A stretch of 64,000 nucleotides of DNA from Eledone cirrhosa (Eukaryota): NCBI GenBank assembly GCA_964016885.1, contig OZ024743.1, positions 108,748,001 to 108,812,000 of the forward strand, read 5' to 3'. The translations under genes and the position numbers were made by a program. Under the pieces are notes generated by a model that had not been told where the DNA came from, did no database searches, and saw nothing but the letters and a program-made list of their open reading frames with translations. Of the stretch, positions 44,236 through 61,859 are shown in pieces. Within the stretch, counting starts at the first letter, position 1. Each line of letters begins with the position of its first letter.

Positions 44236-47200
44236 ATGGCTGTTATAAGAGTTGGATGTTTAAATGTGCGCAGTCTGGGGATGTCCTGGAAGCAGGGCAA
44301 ACTCTTAAATGACCTCAGGTCGCAGAGAATGGTGTGATAGCTATTTGCGAGTCCAGGATCAGCAGCGACCGCCAACTGCCCCCCATCTTCGACGACTTTG
44401 AGATCTATGCATCTCTGTGTCAGCCATGGGGGTGGGGGCGGGGTGGTCGTTCTGCTGCGAAAACACCTGGGTCTCGCAACACGGAAGGTACAGCTGGACC
44501 CGGGGGGTCGTCTGGTGGTTCTAGACATGGGCAGTAGTGAAGGTGGAGCCTTCAGGCTGGTGGCAGCGTATGCCCCATCTGGGACACCGCGACCGGACTT
44601 CTTCTAACGCCTAGAGACGTTTCTGGGAACGTTTCGTTCGTTGCTTTTAGTGGGGGACTGGAATGGTATCCTCGATGCACGTTGAGACTATGTAGGGGAA
44701 TGTCACGATCGAGGGGGGTGTAACAGCCTCAAACGGTTAATCGGCCGATTTGATCTGGCCGATAGATATCGACTAGATTTTCCGACTGTACTACTGTGGG
44801 CGTGGACTAATCTCAGCGGAACATCTAGGTCGTACCTAGATAGGTTCTTAGTTAGAAATAAGGATAGGGACATATTAAGCTGTCCACGAATGTTCATGGA
44901 TGACTATTAGGATCACAAGTTGATGACCGAAGTGGTCAACTTTGATAGAACCCATAGACAAGGACCCGGTTACTGGAAGCTAAACTTACCCGACAAACGA
45001 AGCTTACAGTAAGCGGATTAGCACTCTAGTTAAGCAGCGGTTGACGGGGCAATTATCAACAGCAGGTGGTGGGGCTCTCTCAAGAGAGAAATTAGAATAG
45101 AATCGATAGGTTTTAGTCAGTAATTAGCATCAGATAGGAATAGAACTGAAAGGGAATTGATAGATAGAGTAGAAGAGGCGATTAGGAGTGGCAACGTGGC
45201 CTGCGTGCTGGCATCAAGAACGGCCCTAGACCAGTTCTTTGACGATAAGCACGAGGGCTGTGTTGTCAGGAGTAAAATACGCGCTAGGGTAACACGGGAG
45301 CCAAAGCTGTTAGCTGTGCTCGAGTGACAGAGGTAAAAATTGGAAACAAGTCCACGATTCGGTCTTTGAAGGACCAGAATGGACGTGTGATCCTTGAACC
45401 TGAGCAGATGTGTGCGGTCTTTCAACGGCGCTTTGCACGACTGTTCGGGAGGGGCGGCGGGCCGGGTGAGGCCATGGATTTCGGTCCATACCTCGAGGTC
45501 TGCTGCTGCACTCGGACGGGGAGGCGAAGTCCTGCGAAAGGCCGATTTCAGCCGCTGAAATGGGGGAAGCGCTGATCCAATGCGGCAAACGCAAATCTCC
45601 CGGTCTCAATGGTCTACCATACGAACTTTATGTAGCGATGCCGGACTTGTTCTCCGATCTCTTCGAGGCGGTCTACTGCGACTGGCAACAGAACGGGAGA
45701 ATTCCCAGTTCTGTGGCCAAGGGCGTAGTCACGCTGGTGAGGAAGGAAGAGAACAAAGGAGATGACATAGATAACTTCAGACTCATAACTCTGCTAAACA
45801 CAGAGTTAAATTTTTTGGCCAAGGTGTTAGCGAAGAGGTTGGCGCTTGTCGTCGGGAACCTGGTGGGAGAAGCGCAGACATGCGCAATCCCGTCCAGGTC
45901 AATACACGACACACCTCCACCTCATGCGATACATCGTAGAGAGGGTAGGGAACGAACCCGGCTTTGGTGGATCAATCTAAGGCGTTCGATAGGGTCGACC
46001 ATCGGTACCTGGATGCGGTGCTCGTGGCGGCAGGCTTCGGACCCGTTTTCAGGGACTGGATTGCTGCAATGCACAGAAGCAACACCTACTCGAGGGTCAA
46101 GGTGAATGGCTACCTCACGGAGCCGTTCCAAATCACGCGATCCATCCGACAGGGATGCTTTCTCTCCTCCCTTCAGCATGTGCTGGCTCTCCAGCCACTA
46201 CTGCGGAAGTTGGAGCTGTTGAAGCGAATCCCTTTGGAACCGGGATTGCGGAAAGCGGTGTCGGCCTACGCCGATGACGTGACAGTAATGGTGTCTTGCG
46301 CCGCGGAAATCGGGTAGATCGGCACCTTACTGGAGGAATATGAAAGGTTTACAGGAGCCAAGCTGAACCGGGAAAAGTCCGTCGGTTTGCAACTCGGAAC
46401 GTGGAGAGGCAAACCGATGCCGTCCGTCGGCGTCGTCGGACGCTGGACGGAGGGACCGGTGAAGCTGCTCGGGGTCTGGTTCGGACCGGACCTCCAGCCA
46501 GGTGGTGAAAAACTGGGACGAGGTAACGGGCAGGGTGTTTGCACTCGCCCAAAAGTGGGCCGAGTGTAAACTATCTCTGAAAAGTCGAGCGGAGGTCGGG
46601 AACACTTATATAGCGTCCGTTTCTACTACCGCTTGACCATCGTGCCTTGTCCAGCGAAAACGCTCGCCAAAGTGGAGCGCGCGCTCTTCCGATTCCTTTG
46701 GAAGGGGCGGGCCTTTTTGGTGATAAGATCCATCTGCTGTTCACACCCTTCGAACATATGGCGGGGGATGCCGTGACTGACGATGCGTAGACACGCATTA
46801 AGGCTACGGCACCTCCAGGTTTTCCTCACCTGTCAGCCGGTGTGGGCCCCTTTTGTGAGGCGAGCCTTTCCGAGACTCGTCTCAGTCACCGAGCAGCAAT
46901 CCTGGGTCAAGCAAAGACCGAGAAAAGTGGGCGACTGGCACATTGAATGTGCCCAGGAGCTCACGGCCCTCTGGCAAACGGATCCGGCAATCAGTGGAGA
47001 CTCAACCTCAACATTCTATAGAGTGTTGGTGCGCAGCAAGTGCGACGACGCTCTGGGACAGGCTCTTGGTATGGAGGAAGACGAGCTAGCCAGTCTGTTC
47101 GGTAGGACATTTGGCCCGGGACCGATGGACAAGCTCTACATACACGGGCGCCCGGGTAGGGACCGCTCGAAGAAGAACTCTCCGAGATTTGTGCGTGACA

Positions 47201-47573
47201 AGGAAACCGTCGCGCACGCATTCGTATGCTCCTCGGACTTTGCTGACCTGTGGGGCTATGTGGAACGACTACTGTCGCTGGTGTGACCAATCCGGTTGAC
47301 CACCGAGTACATTGACACGATCAAACCGCCTCCCCCCTGTTCCTCTGTGTGATAACTATGGCGAAAGAGTTTGTATGGTGGACGAGTTTTAAAGGGCTGA
47401 GGTCAGACACCTTTCTCTCCGGCCAACAACTGGTCTTTTTTTTCAAGTACCATTTTAGAAGAAGGATCAGAATGGAGAGAGGGGTGCTCTACCCCAGCAT
47501 GTTTTATGAAAGGTGGGTGAAAGTGGCGAGAATAGCCCGAGTGAATGGGCCTTCTCTCTATATCAGCCTGTAG
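44236..47573 (+). pseudogene. Tx1 ORF2 (APE endonuclease + reverse transcriptase), disrupted
   Basis: MAVIRVGCLNVRSL, VGDWN, KSPGLNGLPYE, NFRLITLLN, DQSKAFDRVDH, IRQGC, AYADD. Confidence 0.93.
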
Positions 47574-47884
47574 GTGAGAGAGGAGAAGAAGGAGGAGAGG
47601 AAGGGAGCACCCGCTTTTTGTGCTCCTGAGGAGGAGGGTTGGACATTTTTTCGGGTGTGTGTGCTACCCACGTCAACGCCCCCTCCCTATTGAGGACTTC
47701 GATTGTTGAATTTGATTTGTTATATGTTTTTATACGTCCTTTGAAATGTATGTAAGCCCCCCCCCCCCCTGTATTTGTCCCGATCTTTGGCAAATAAATA
47801 GAAAGTTATCTATCTATATATCTATATACATTAAAGAAACATATCTATATATATATATATTGCAATTATTTTTATATATATATA

Positions 47885-48311
<427 letters not shown>

Positions 48312-48863
48312 GAATGTATATAAATTAATGTGAGCATCTAGCCAACAGTATTTCATAATAAATAAGTGACTATAACGTCAAAAAGGAAATGTGTGTGTAT
48401 GTGTGTGTGTGTGTGTGTATGTGACGAAACATCATAGTGGAATGGTTAAGACTATCCAGTTAATAGAGTACATGTTTTGCCATGCCATCTTCATGCGCAG
48501 AGCAGATGGATATATTCACTGTCTATTAGATGTCGGCAATGAATCACCAATTTCCCAATATTGTCTTAATCTAATGATAGCAACGATTTAATCCGTGCAA
48601 CACAATCACTCGATCTGAAGAAATCAATAGATGCAGAGCTGCATCCTGTATATATAAATATTTTTTTTTACGTATTAAAGAATGAAGACAGGTAAGTGAC
48701 AAAATATATGCTCCAGATAAGTATAATGATTATGCCAATAAAAAGAGAAGAAGGGATTGACGTTTCGGGATAGAACATTTATCAAGCTAGAGTAAATATA
48801 AATGAAGAAAAATCAATAATAAAAATTAAAGAACGATAATGATAATATCTGAATGGCTATATC

Positions 48864-48905
<42 letters not shown>

Positions 48906-49037
48906 ACAGATATCCACGGTAAGTTTTGGGTTCAGTCTGCTTGAAGAACTCAATGTAATCCATATGTTGAAAATGTTGTAGGTTAAAATAAATCCCGGAA
49001 AACAATAAAACATTAAAAGGAAAACAGAGTCAAGATG

Positions 49038-49351
49038 TAAGTTAAATCAATGAAATAAAAAAATCAAGTCATTAGAAATATACTTCACTGTTTTACGATC
49101 GTTTCTAGGTGATTATAATATATCGTAACTGTACTTCGATATCGATCAATGTAAGGTTAGTTACAAAATATCATATAAAGATAATATTTACTTACATGCA
49201 TATCACTAGCTGTTGTCAAAAGCTCTTGACAACAACTGATGATATGCATGTAAGTAAATATTCACTTTATATTTTATTTTGTAACTACCTGTACATAGAT
49301 CGATATCGATGTATAGTTACGATGACTTGATTTTTTATTTCATTGTTTTAA

Positions 49352-49355
<4 letters not shown>
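49038..49355. repeat. Long imperfect palindrome centred near 49222
   Basis: TAAGTTAAATCAATGAAAT...TTGTCAA / TTGACAA...ATTTCATTGTTTTAACTTA; left arm has an extra ~50 bp. Confidence 0.85.
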
Positions 49356-49393
<38 letters not shown>

Positions 49394-50011
49394 TTACACA
49401 AGTATCAAAGTTATGTTAAAATCATTTAATCGCTGACAATTGTTTCTTCCAAATTTTGTTTGAGGTCATCGGAGCATTATCAATGTTTGTACATATAAAT
49501 AACCTCCTATTCAACTGAACAAACATATAGATACATATATATTGATGTTGTGAACAACAGTTGAGTATTAACAGGGTGTAATGCATGCGACATGTATTAT
49601 ACGAGAATTGTACAATAATTAAAATTAAAATTAAAATTAAAAGCACAGAGTGGAATACATGCGACAGATAATACCACAGAATAGTCTAATAATTAAAGAG
49701 GCAATGGGAATGAAGTACATATTCAAGCGTGTAGAGAATGCACATGCGTTAATTATATATATGATGAGGAAACAAGCAAAGGTATATATGAATACTGTAT
49801 GGCAAGGCATTACATACAATACAACCACTTTAAGCGAATATGTTAGTGTATTATGGAGGATGTAATGCGATGATTATCTCTGTAGAGTTCAAATTTGTAT
49901 GTGTGTAGAATATGAAAGTTACTGATTTCCCATCCATTACATATGTTAAGTTATATTTTAGTTAATGTTTGTATTGAATGTTTTTAGTTAGTTATAGTAA
50001 TGGATTGTAAC

Positions 50012-50153
50012 TTGGTCTTATTGTATTCTTATTCATGGATTAGAGTTGTTCTACAGCGAGATTTTCCAATGGTTTAATATTCGGATATTAAACCGTTGGA
50101 AAATCTCGCTGTAGAACAACTCTAATCCATGAATATGAATAGAATAAGACCAA
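50012..50153. repeat. Near-perfect hairpin (~69-bp arms, TCGG loop)
   Basis: TTGGTCTTATT...TTTAATAT-TCGG-ATATTAAA...AATAAGACCAA. Confidence 0.9.
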
Positions 50154-50217
50154 CGGTTTAACTTCCGGAATATGAATACAATAATTTCCAACAGTTTACT
50201 ATCCGAAAGTTAAAGCC

Positions 50218-50525
50218 TTGAAGGAGTTGAAACACTTAATGACGGTGTCACTGTTCTCCCACTGAGACAGGTTGGACTTGGTCGTAATGGTCTTAACTAT
50301 GTTCCGAAGAATAGCCTTACTGACTAATCCGATTTCCGTGCGTGCCGCGTTTAGTAGTCTAAACGTGGGATTAGAAGCAATGTCTACCTTGTGATACTTC
50401 AGGGTGAGAAACGCATCACGCTTAGCTAAGCATTGTAGTTTCTTATCTACCCTAAGGGCGACAACAATGTCTTTGGCTTCTGTAGTGATGTCGTGCTAGG
50501 CCGTAGTGTTAACCTTCTTATAATT
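50218..50525 (-). mobile_element. Penelope-like RT N-terminal fragment
   Basis: Manual translation: AKRDAFLTLKYHKVDIASNPTFRLLNAARTEIGLVSKAIL...LSQWENSDTVIKCF (cf. PLE AFITLKDHK..CRLINPAKSEIG..QWKNT). Confidence 0.8.
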
Positions 50526-50717
50526 AGAGGTTATGGCGTTACGTATGACTAAATGTACGAGTAAAGTTTCTTTGAGTAGATAAGTGTACATAAATAAAAC
50601 CAGCATTATGTAGACTTATATTGTATTGAAACATGTTAAAGAATGAACTTTGATAACATTTTTCACTTTTTTCTATACTCATGGCTAGTGTTGATTTTTC
50701 CGATATATGAAATATAT

Positions 50718-50775
<58 letters not shown>

Positions 50776-51954
50776 TTAAGTCGTTTGGAAGCCTCAACAA
50801 TGCAAATGGGTAAATCTCGGGGTAACAAGAGAAGAACAGAAATATTTTTCTCTAATAATTCCTTATACTTTGAAGAAGTCCCAAAATATTTGGACGAATG
50901 AAGCAACAAAAACTAAGATTACCAGGTAACTATCTTTTTCTTTACTCTCAGCTTAACGTCCATTTTGCATCGTTTACCCTTATAATATTTTCCATATATT
51001 ATATTATATACAATGCTTCAAGCAAACGACAACATCTTATTATATAGAGAGAGATCCATCACATGCAGAAAGAGAGAAAGAGAGAAACAATTGATAAGGA
51101 ATGAGGTATCGTTATAGCGTTATGACATTTATAGCGGCATTTTCTATTTTATTGATGCAAATATTATAAACCCATTACCCGTCATAGTTAACAATAAAAC
51201 GTTAGCATATATAGGTTACAGCTACTCTTTGCAATATGAAGCTAGTCTAATAAATAGCACTCTGGTTTTTCAAAATGTTCAAACGGAGAATGCCTCAATA
51301 TTAATTGAATGCATTTACTACAAGTGAAAGAACAAAACCAGAATTCATATCAGCTATAGAAACAAATAAAATATTTATATACACTGTTCATAGGTAATTT
51401 ATTTATTCATATTCATTCATATAGTCTGAATTATATGCAATTTCAAACTTCAATTGTTAAAATGAAATCGTTGTGTGCACAGTGTTCTAGAATACCAACC
51501 TATGAATTCCAATCTTTGCAAGTATATGTTCTGGTTATAGAACATCACTAAACAATAGAATTTTCTAATTGTAAATAAAATTTTGCTATGAATCATTGCA
51601 GCAATGTGTTTGGAAATGATACCATATTTCTTATAAACATATGACTAAGCACTTTTGTGCATTTATCCTTGTGCGTGATCTTTGAAATATCATATTAACG
51701 CATGAAAACCTATGATGGTGAAATGTTTCAGATATTTATATATCTTCAGTTCATTTACAATATTTTATTGAATAAAAACAAATAAATTATCAATGCGCAC
51801 ACATATCCCAATATTGCTTTATTTCTTTGCATTATCTTTGTGATTTTTAGTATGGTTTAGCACCATGCTAATCTCCCCCAAACACACCGACGATCAAATG
51901 CGCTCTAGTTATGACTCCTTTGCTTTTCTTTATAAATCCTACTACATCATCTAA

Positions 51955-53650
51955 TGCACAGGTTCTCGACCCATTTAGGCCAAACGCCCCATTTTGTCCC
52001 TTTAAATCACGAAACGCCCTGTTTTACCATTTTTCAATATACTACTGATTTTGATACCAGTAGATTACTAAAAAAATTGATTAACAATATTCCAAATATA
52101 CCATTGCAGGCAGCTCAGAGTATAAATATATTCCTTGAAAGGAAATATATAAATTTCACAAAAAGGATCATAAATGTTCTTTTTTATGAATGTGTTATAT
52201 TCCCACCAGGCGATACCAGCTATTTTGAACATTTATACAAGAGCAACTCTGTTTATCCCAAGAGTGCTCTCATCTGGAAGAAAGTGGCAATTATATCATT
52301 TCAAAGCTTTCCAATTTTCCCTTTAATGAAACGGACAGAATAAATGTTGATATCTAACTTGATGTCCCTTCTGCTTTGTGAGCTTAGAAACCAGGGAAGA
52401 GGGTTTTCATGACCACGCGGGAGGGTATATGTATTAATAAATGGTAAAATATATACAACAAATGAGTAATTGAATTGTAGTAGATCGTTTCCAGTCCAGT
52501 CAGACTGCAACTACAAATAAAATAAATTGTTAGTTTGCTTTGTAACAATAGCATATCCAAGTTTTCGGATAAATCAACTTACTTTAACTTTGACTCATTT
52601 CAATGGGACCCTCGAGCTTCATGGAGTCTAGCTAACTCTTTGACGTAAGGCTGAATTTTCCTAAGATATAGCCAGAGATCTCCACGTGTAATTACATTGT
52701 AGCGGTTGCGAGCCTTACTGTGCAGTCTGGAAACAGCACCAAACATCCTCTCGACTAAGTATGAGCTTGGAAAAGGCAGAGCAAATCTCTTAGCCTCTGC
52801 ATGTAGGTGTGGAAATCAAGCTGGATTTCTTCTTGCATCTCCAAAAGGGGTTCACCTATTTTGGGAAATCTAATTTTTATCTTGTCATCTGCTTGAAGTT
52901 CAATAAATTCTTCCTGAAATTTAACGTCCAAATCGTCGATGGTAGCTATGACAGGATCTGCTATCCACATTGGGATGTCCATCGGGAAAAGGTTGACAAA
53001 CCGTTCAGTCATATTGTCTTGTAGCGCACGGAGGTGAGTGGTATACATTTGGAGTTGGTCATCGCTTAAAATGTTTTGAACATTGGCGACACTAGGAAAA
53101 TTATAAAATTTCCCTCAACAAAGATTCCTTTCGATATCATTCAATTTGGCCAGGAATGTTTTCACAGCATTCCTTGCTTTAAGCAAGGTGGTCTTCTTCC
53201 CCTGCAAAGCCAAAATAACGCTATTGCATTTGTAGAAGATCTTGGTGAGGTAGGCGCAGTCTTGCCTCACATCGAGGGTTTTCTTGTACAGTTCTGTGTT
53301 GCCTCCTCGCAGAAACTCAATGATAGAGTCGAAGAGTTCAAAGAAGTGTGTAAAGCACTTGCCCTTTGAAAGCCACCTCACTTCAGTATGAAGGAGCAAC
53401 TTCACGAATTCTTCGACATTATCTTGGCACAGTTGCTGGAAAATTCGTTCATTGAGGAAATGCCGTTTGATAAAATTAATGATATCAATGGCCACCTGCA
53501 AGGACTTGCTCAGTGGCTTACTGAGTTTCTTCGCAGCCAAGTTTTGTCGATGTATTACACAATGAACAGCAAATACAGATAGATTTTCTCTCTTCAGAAG
53601 AGTGACTTCTGTTAGCCGACCATTGCTCTTGGGTCGTCCGTAGCACATGG
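51955..53650 (-). mobile_element. Degraded hAT transposon (Charlie/Buster-like), 3' part; transposase remnant 52620-53648
   Basis: HCVIHRQNLAAKKL, LLLHTEVRWLSKG; left boundary from a TIR-like CAGGTTCTCGACC is approximate. Confidence 0.85.
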
Positions 53651-53656
53651 TACAAT

Positions 53657-54100
53657 GTGTGTTGTATGTGGTCCTAGATGTATGTATTACTTGCCTGTGT
53701 GTTGTATCTAGTCCTATATGTATGTATTACCTGCTTATGTATTTCATGTGGTCCCAGCTGTATGTATTACCTGCTTGTGTATTGTATGTGGTCCTAGATG
53801 TTTGTATTACCTGATTATGTGTTATATGTGGTCCTAGATGTTTGTATAACCTGCTTATGTGTGGTATATGGTCCTAGATGTATGTATTACCTTCCTGTGT
53901 GTTTTATGTGGTCCTAGATGTGTGTGTTACCTCCTTATGTGTTGCATGTGGTCCTAGATGTGTGTATTACCAGCTTATGTGTTGTATGCGGACCTAGATG
54001 CGTGTATTACCTGCTTATGTCTTGTATGTGGTCCTAGATATGAGTATTACCTGCTTATGTGTTGTATGTGGTCCTAAATGTGTGTGCTACCCACTTATGT
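53657..54100. repeat. 40-bp minisatellite, about 11 copies
   Basis: Consensus GTGTTGTATGTGGTCCTAGATGTATGTATTACCTGCTTAT. Confidence 0.95.
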
Positions 54101-55074
54101 ATTTTTTTATTTTTTATTTGTAATATTATTTATACAATAGGGAATAACATAGGTCTACATAGTGTTAACTCGTTACGGTTGAGTCAATAATTTCAGACAT
54201 GAAATACATTGTCATCGGTGAAGGAAAGATAAGATTCTAACTGTTTTCAACCCAGTTGACTGTGTGTTTTTCCATTTTTAGGATCTCAATTACCTGTTAA
54301 TATCTAGACACACCTGCTTACATCTGCGCTCAGACTATAGTTATGCTGTGTGCAAGCTCATTCAAATGCATTCACACTGGCTGTCTCAAAGACATACAAA
54401 TATGGCTTATAAAACTCACCAAAGTAAAGAGCCTTCCAGCGCCCCCTAACCTGACCTTGCTCCCAAACGCCCCTGGAGTTCCGAAACGCCCCCGGGCGTG
54501 CATAGGCCTTTGATCTAATGTATCCTTCAGTATTTTACATATGACAATGAGATTTGATAAGGATTTGTCTCCTATCAAAGTTTTGTCGAGAACAGGTACA
54601 AGTACTTTAGCTAGTGTCAGATCTTTTTAAATTTTAGCTCAGTATTCATTTAATGCAGTGGAGTGTAATATTTTATAAGTATATTGTTATAGTGTAGTGT
54701 ATTGTTATACCGTATGGTAAGTGTATATTTCTAGTGAAGTGCGGTATATATATATATATATAATAAATCGCCCAATTTAATCCCGAAAACATTATTTGCA
54801 TTATGCATATTGACGTGATAGAAGGGCACATGCTTTTAGAAACGTTTAGAATTAATTGATTCTCTATCAGTGCTTGATCTTTCAGGTATGTTCTATAACA
54901 AGTACAAGTGCATTGTAAGGAGAATAGCAAGAGGATGTACCAAGATCCAACGGCACAAAACAGAAGAATACTGTGGTTAATATACAGAGTGTGTATTATG
55001 TTATGATGAATCCAACTTTAAAACAATGTCAGTAATTTTAGTAAGAAGGAAACGCCGATAAACACAAGCCCATG

Positions 55075-55212
55075 CGTGACTGGTCCTATATTTTATCGAC
55101 ACCAAAATGATTAAAATCTAAGTAGACTTTGTGAGATTTGTACTCAGTTCATATAGCTTCGTGAGTAAACACATTAAAGCATTTTGCCTGACGTTCTATT
55201 AATTCACCGCCC
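55075..55212 (-). mobile_element. Diverged SINE copy
   Basis: TTTTATCGACACC...GATTTGTACTCAG...CTGACGTTCTA. Confidence 0.55.
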
Positions 55213-55564
55213 TTACGTACTTTATCCTAATACAGGGTAGATATATATTATACTACATATTTGCCGTGCAGTGAATTATATTATAAAGGCAATACATGTT
55301 GTAGAATAGTATGATGTATTGTTTATTTGTTTTGCATCGTTCGTGAAGCATGTATTTAATGAAATATAATACAATCACAGTGGCCGAGATTGCCGAAATT
55401 GTTATCACATTATCTATGTTTCCTTGCTTCTACGTTTTGGGTTGAACTACAAGACAGGCTTGTATGTATGTATGTATGTATGTATGTATGTATGTATGTA
55501 TGTATGTATGTATGTATGTATGTATGTATGTATGTATGTATGTATGCATGTATGTATGTATGTG

Positions 55565-56164
55565 TCAGGTCACCAGTTGGTGCTACTGGTAACATGTATC
55601 CCAGTACAACCTGTCTCATGGTCGGGTCGTTGGCGACTAAACTGGCAACCCCATCAATGTTTCTTGGTGAGGAGGGTGGCTTTGGACATCCTGCAGGACT
55701 AAAAACAAAACCTGTCAAAAGGCAAAAGGGCTCTTAAGAGTCAATAGCCATCCAAAATCACCGGGAGAGATGATCCCTTAACCTTTGTCAAGGCAGAATT
55801 CTAGGAGAAGGAAAACTCTGATATAACACCTGCAACCCTGATGGTAACCAATGATGTTGACTTGTTCTTCTTTTTGGTAAATATCATCTTGGTTAAGAGA
55901 GTGGGACTGGCTTTGTGCAGTGCCTTTGCTCACTATAAAAGCTTCACGGCACAGGCATTGCTTTATATCTTGAGATCTCTCTGCACTTGTCGTCACATGG
56001 TACCAGCACTGTGTGTCAATAATTGTCACAAGTGTAGTGTTTGTACCAGAGTTTTCAAGTCGCTGGCTGGACTAAAAAGTCACACTTGTTCAGCGCATCG
56101 GTAGGGGTTCTCCTACATGGAAGTAAAGTAGTGGCCGTACTCGAAAACGAGTTGGCAGCCACCA
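55565..56164 (+). mobile_element. Internally deleted RTE-derived element between (TATG)n tracts
   Basis: RTE-like 5' UTR motif CTAGGAGAAGGAAAACTCTG plus 3' zinc finger CSVCTRVFKSLAGLKSH. Confidence 0.65.
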
Positions 56165-56404
56165 TGTATGTATGTATGTATGTATGTATGTATGTATGTA
56201 TGTATGTATGTATGTATGTATGTATGTATGTATTTAGATACGGACCAGTTCTCCCGGTGGAATAGCACGGGCATCATAGTGACATGCAGCAACTTTGGAA
56301 CATTTTGATCCTGGGGGTGCCGATCCCTCTGCAAGTCTAATAGAAATTAGAAGAAAGAGGAAATGAGAATCAGATACTGAGGAAGAATCGGACACAGTCC
56401 TGGA

Positions 56405-56560
56405 TTCGTATCTTAATTATCGACCTCGAAATGATGAAATGCAAAGTTGTCCTCGGCAGGATTTAAGTTCAATATGCTGAGTGCCGAGACAGTTGGCACA
56501 AAATATTCTATGCAAATCATTCTATCCGACGTTCTAACGACTCTATCGACTCACCGCCTA
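56405..56560 (-). mobile_element. Diverged SINE copy
   Basis: TTATCGACCTCGAAATGATGAAATGCAAAGTTGTCCTCGGCAGGATTT. Confidence 0.7.
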
Positions 56561-56867
56561 CACAAATCGTCAAAACCACACAGATATTTAATAACTGTAA
56601 TATATTTATGTTAAGCCATTCACCCTGTACATGCAATTGCGTAGATTAGTATCAATACAGTAAATCAATCAATAAGTAGAAAATGTTAATTCTATGGTGT
56701 AGATTTTGCTTTCATTCTCATCCGTTTTTAATTTTCGTACGAATTTACGTCATTTACCTCTTAACAAAAGAATATAGAATATTACGTGAATATTTCTTAA
56801 CCTATTGTTTCTATACAATCTATCACCCTTAGGCATTTTATCATAATACAAGGTAGATGAGTATTAT

Positions 56868-57345
<478 letters not shown>

Positions 57346-57367
57346 TATATATATATATATAAATATA

Positions 57368-58950
<1,583 letters not shown>

Positions 58951-59590
58951 ATTTTATTTTTACTTTATACATACTGACTCATTAATATATACCTATATAC
59001 ATAATAATTATTCAAATATTTATAACAATAAGTACTTAAAAAATTTACATACCTAATATGTTGAGATATTTGCTAAAGTTTAGATTTAGCGAATTAATCA
59101 ACAGTATAATATTTCTTTCTTTACGTGCCATCTAAATCCTTTAAAATGTTATTCTCACAATTCAGAAGTTTAGAAATGATAACACACTTATCGAATTTAT
59201 ATAAATAATATATAAATAAATAGCAAATAAACCTGAAATCTGGAGTCTTCACATTAATATTATAAATTAAATATTTCCAAATTCTAAAGGTTTAACTTTC
59301 GCCCCCCCCCCCCCCCCCCACTTTACCTTTCCCTCCTTATAAATTTTTTTCCAGTGGCTATCACTGGCTGTTATGAATCAAGAGACGTTTCCCTAGATAT
59401 AGTATCATACAATTTAAAATTTTAGAACACTTTAAGTATGCAACGATTTTTCTTACTCACACATTCTCTAATGAATTCATTACGTGTTCGCACTCTCACA
59501 CAAATATTATATAAGCAAAATTGTTCCATCGGGTAATCACTACCTTGATTAAATCTTAATCATTTAACATCTCAGGCTATGTCATGTATC

Positions 59591-59653
59591 ATTATATTTT
59601 GTCTGATGAGGACGTACTGTTCGACATCCGAAATATGTATAATAAAATGTAAT
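59591..59653 (+). ncRNA. Type I hammerhead ribozyme, intact core
   Basis: ATTATATTTTGT-CTGATGA-GGACGT(actgttcg)ACATCC-GAAA-TATGTA-TA-ATAAAATGTAAT; 12-bp stem I. Confidence 0.82.
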
Positions 59654-59795
59654 TGATCAAAAGAACTTCTATGTTATTAATACTTATACTTTAATATTAA
59701 TAACTCCTGAAAATTATGTGCCCGTTGAGTGCTTCAAATATACTGTAAAACTCATTCTTTGACATACTCATCGAATATTGTTTAACAACTTAATA

Positions 59796-59890
<95 letters not shown>

Positions 59891-59901
59891 GTATATATAT
59901 A

Positions 59902-59948
<47 letters not shown>

Positions 59949-59998
59949 CATACACACTTATATATATATATAAATTTATATATATATATAAGTTTGTA

Positions 59999-61425
<1,427 letters not shown>

Positions 61426-61484
61426 TATATATATATATATATATTTGTGTATGTGTTTTTATGTATTGTGTATATATATAAATT

Positions 61485-61561
<77 letters not shown>

Positions 61562-61568
61562 TTATATA

Positions 61569-61654
<86 letters not shown>

Positions 61655-61859
61655 AATTTATATATATATATACAAAATACATAAAAACACTTGCGTGAGA
61701 AAATATCTATGTGTGTCATCAAACGCTGTACACACATGGATATTTTTTTCAAATTCCAATTGAGTTCTAGCACGTGGCCTGAATTCCTTTTAGAATTCAT
61801 TGTCCTGCGCATGTATTGTTTTTTTTTGCGGTAATATACTTCCTCATTTTTGAATCAGT

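Larger units (their letters stand above)
42298..47830 (+). mobile_element. Full-length but inactivated Tx1/L1-clade non-LTR retrotransposon
   Basis: ORF1 with zinc knuckle; ORF2 with APE and RT; 3' UTR with AATAAA. Confidence 0.93.

Noticed and set aside
48631-48697. Strong splice donor CAG/GTAAGT
   Set aside because: Weak acceptor and no supporting gene structure
53657-54100. CRISPR-like periodicity
   Set aside because: Contiguous units without unique spacers; eukaryotic context; no cas genes
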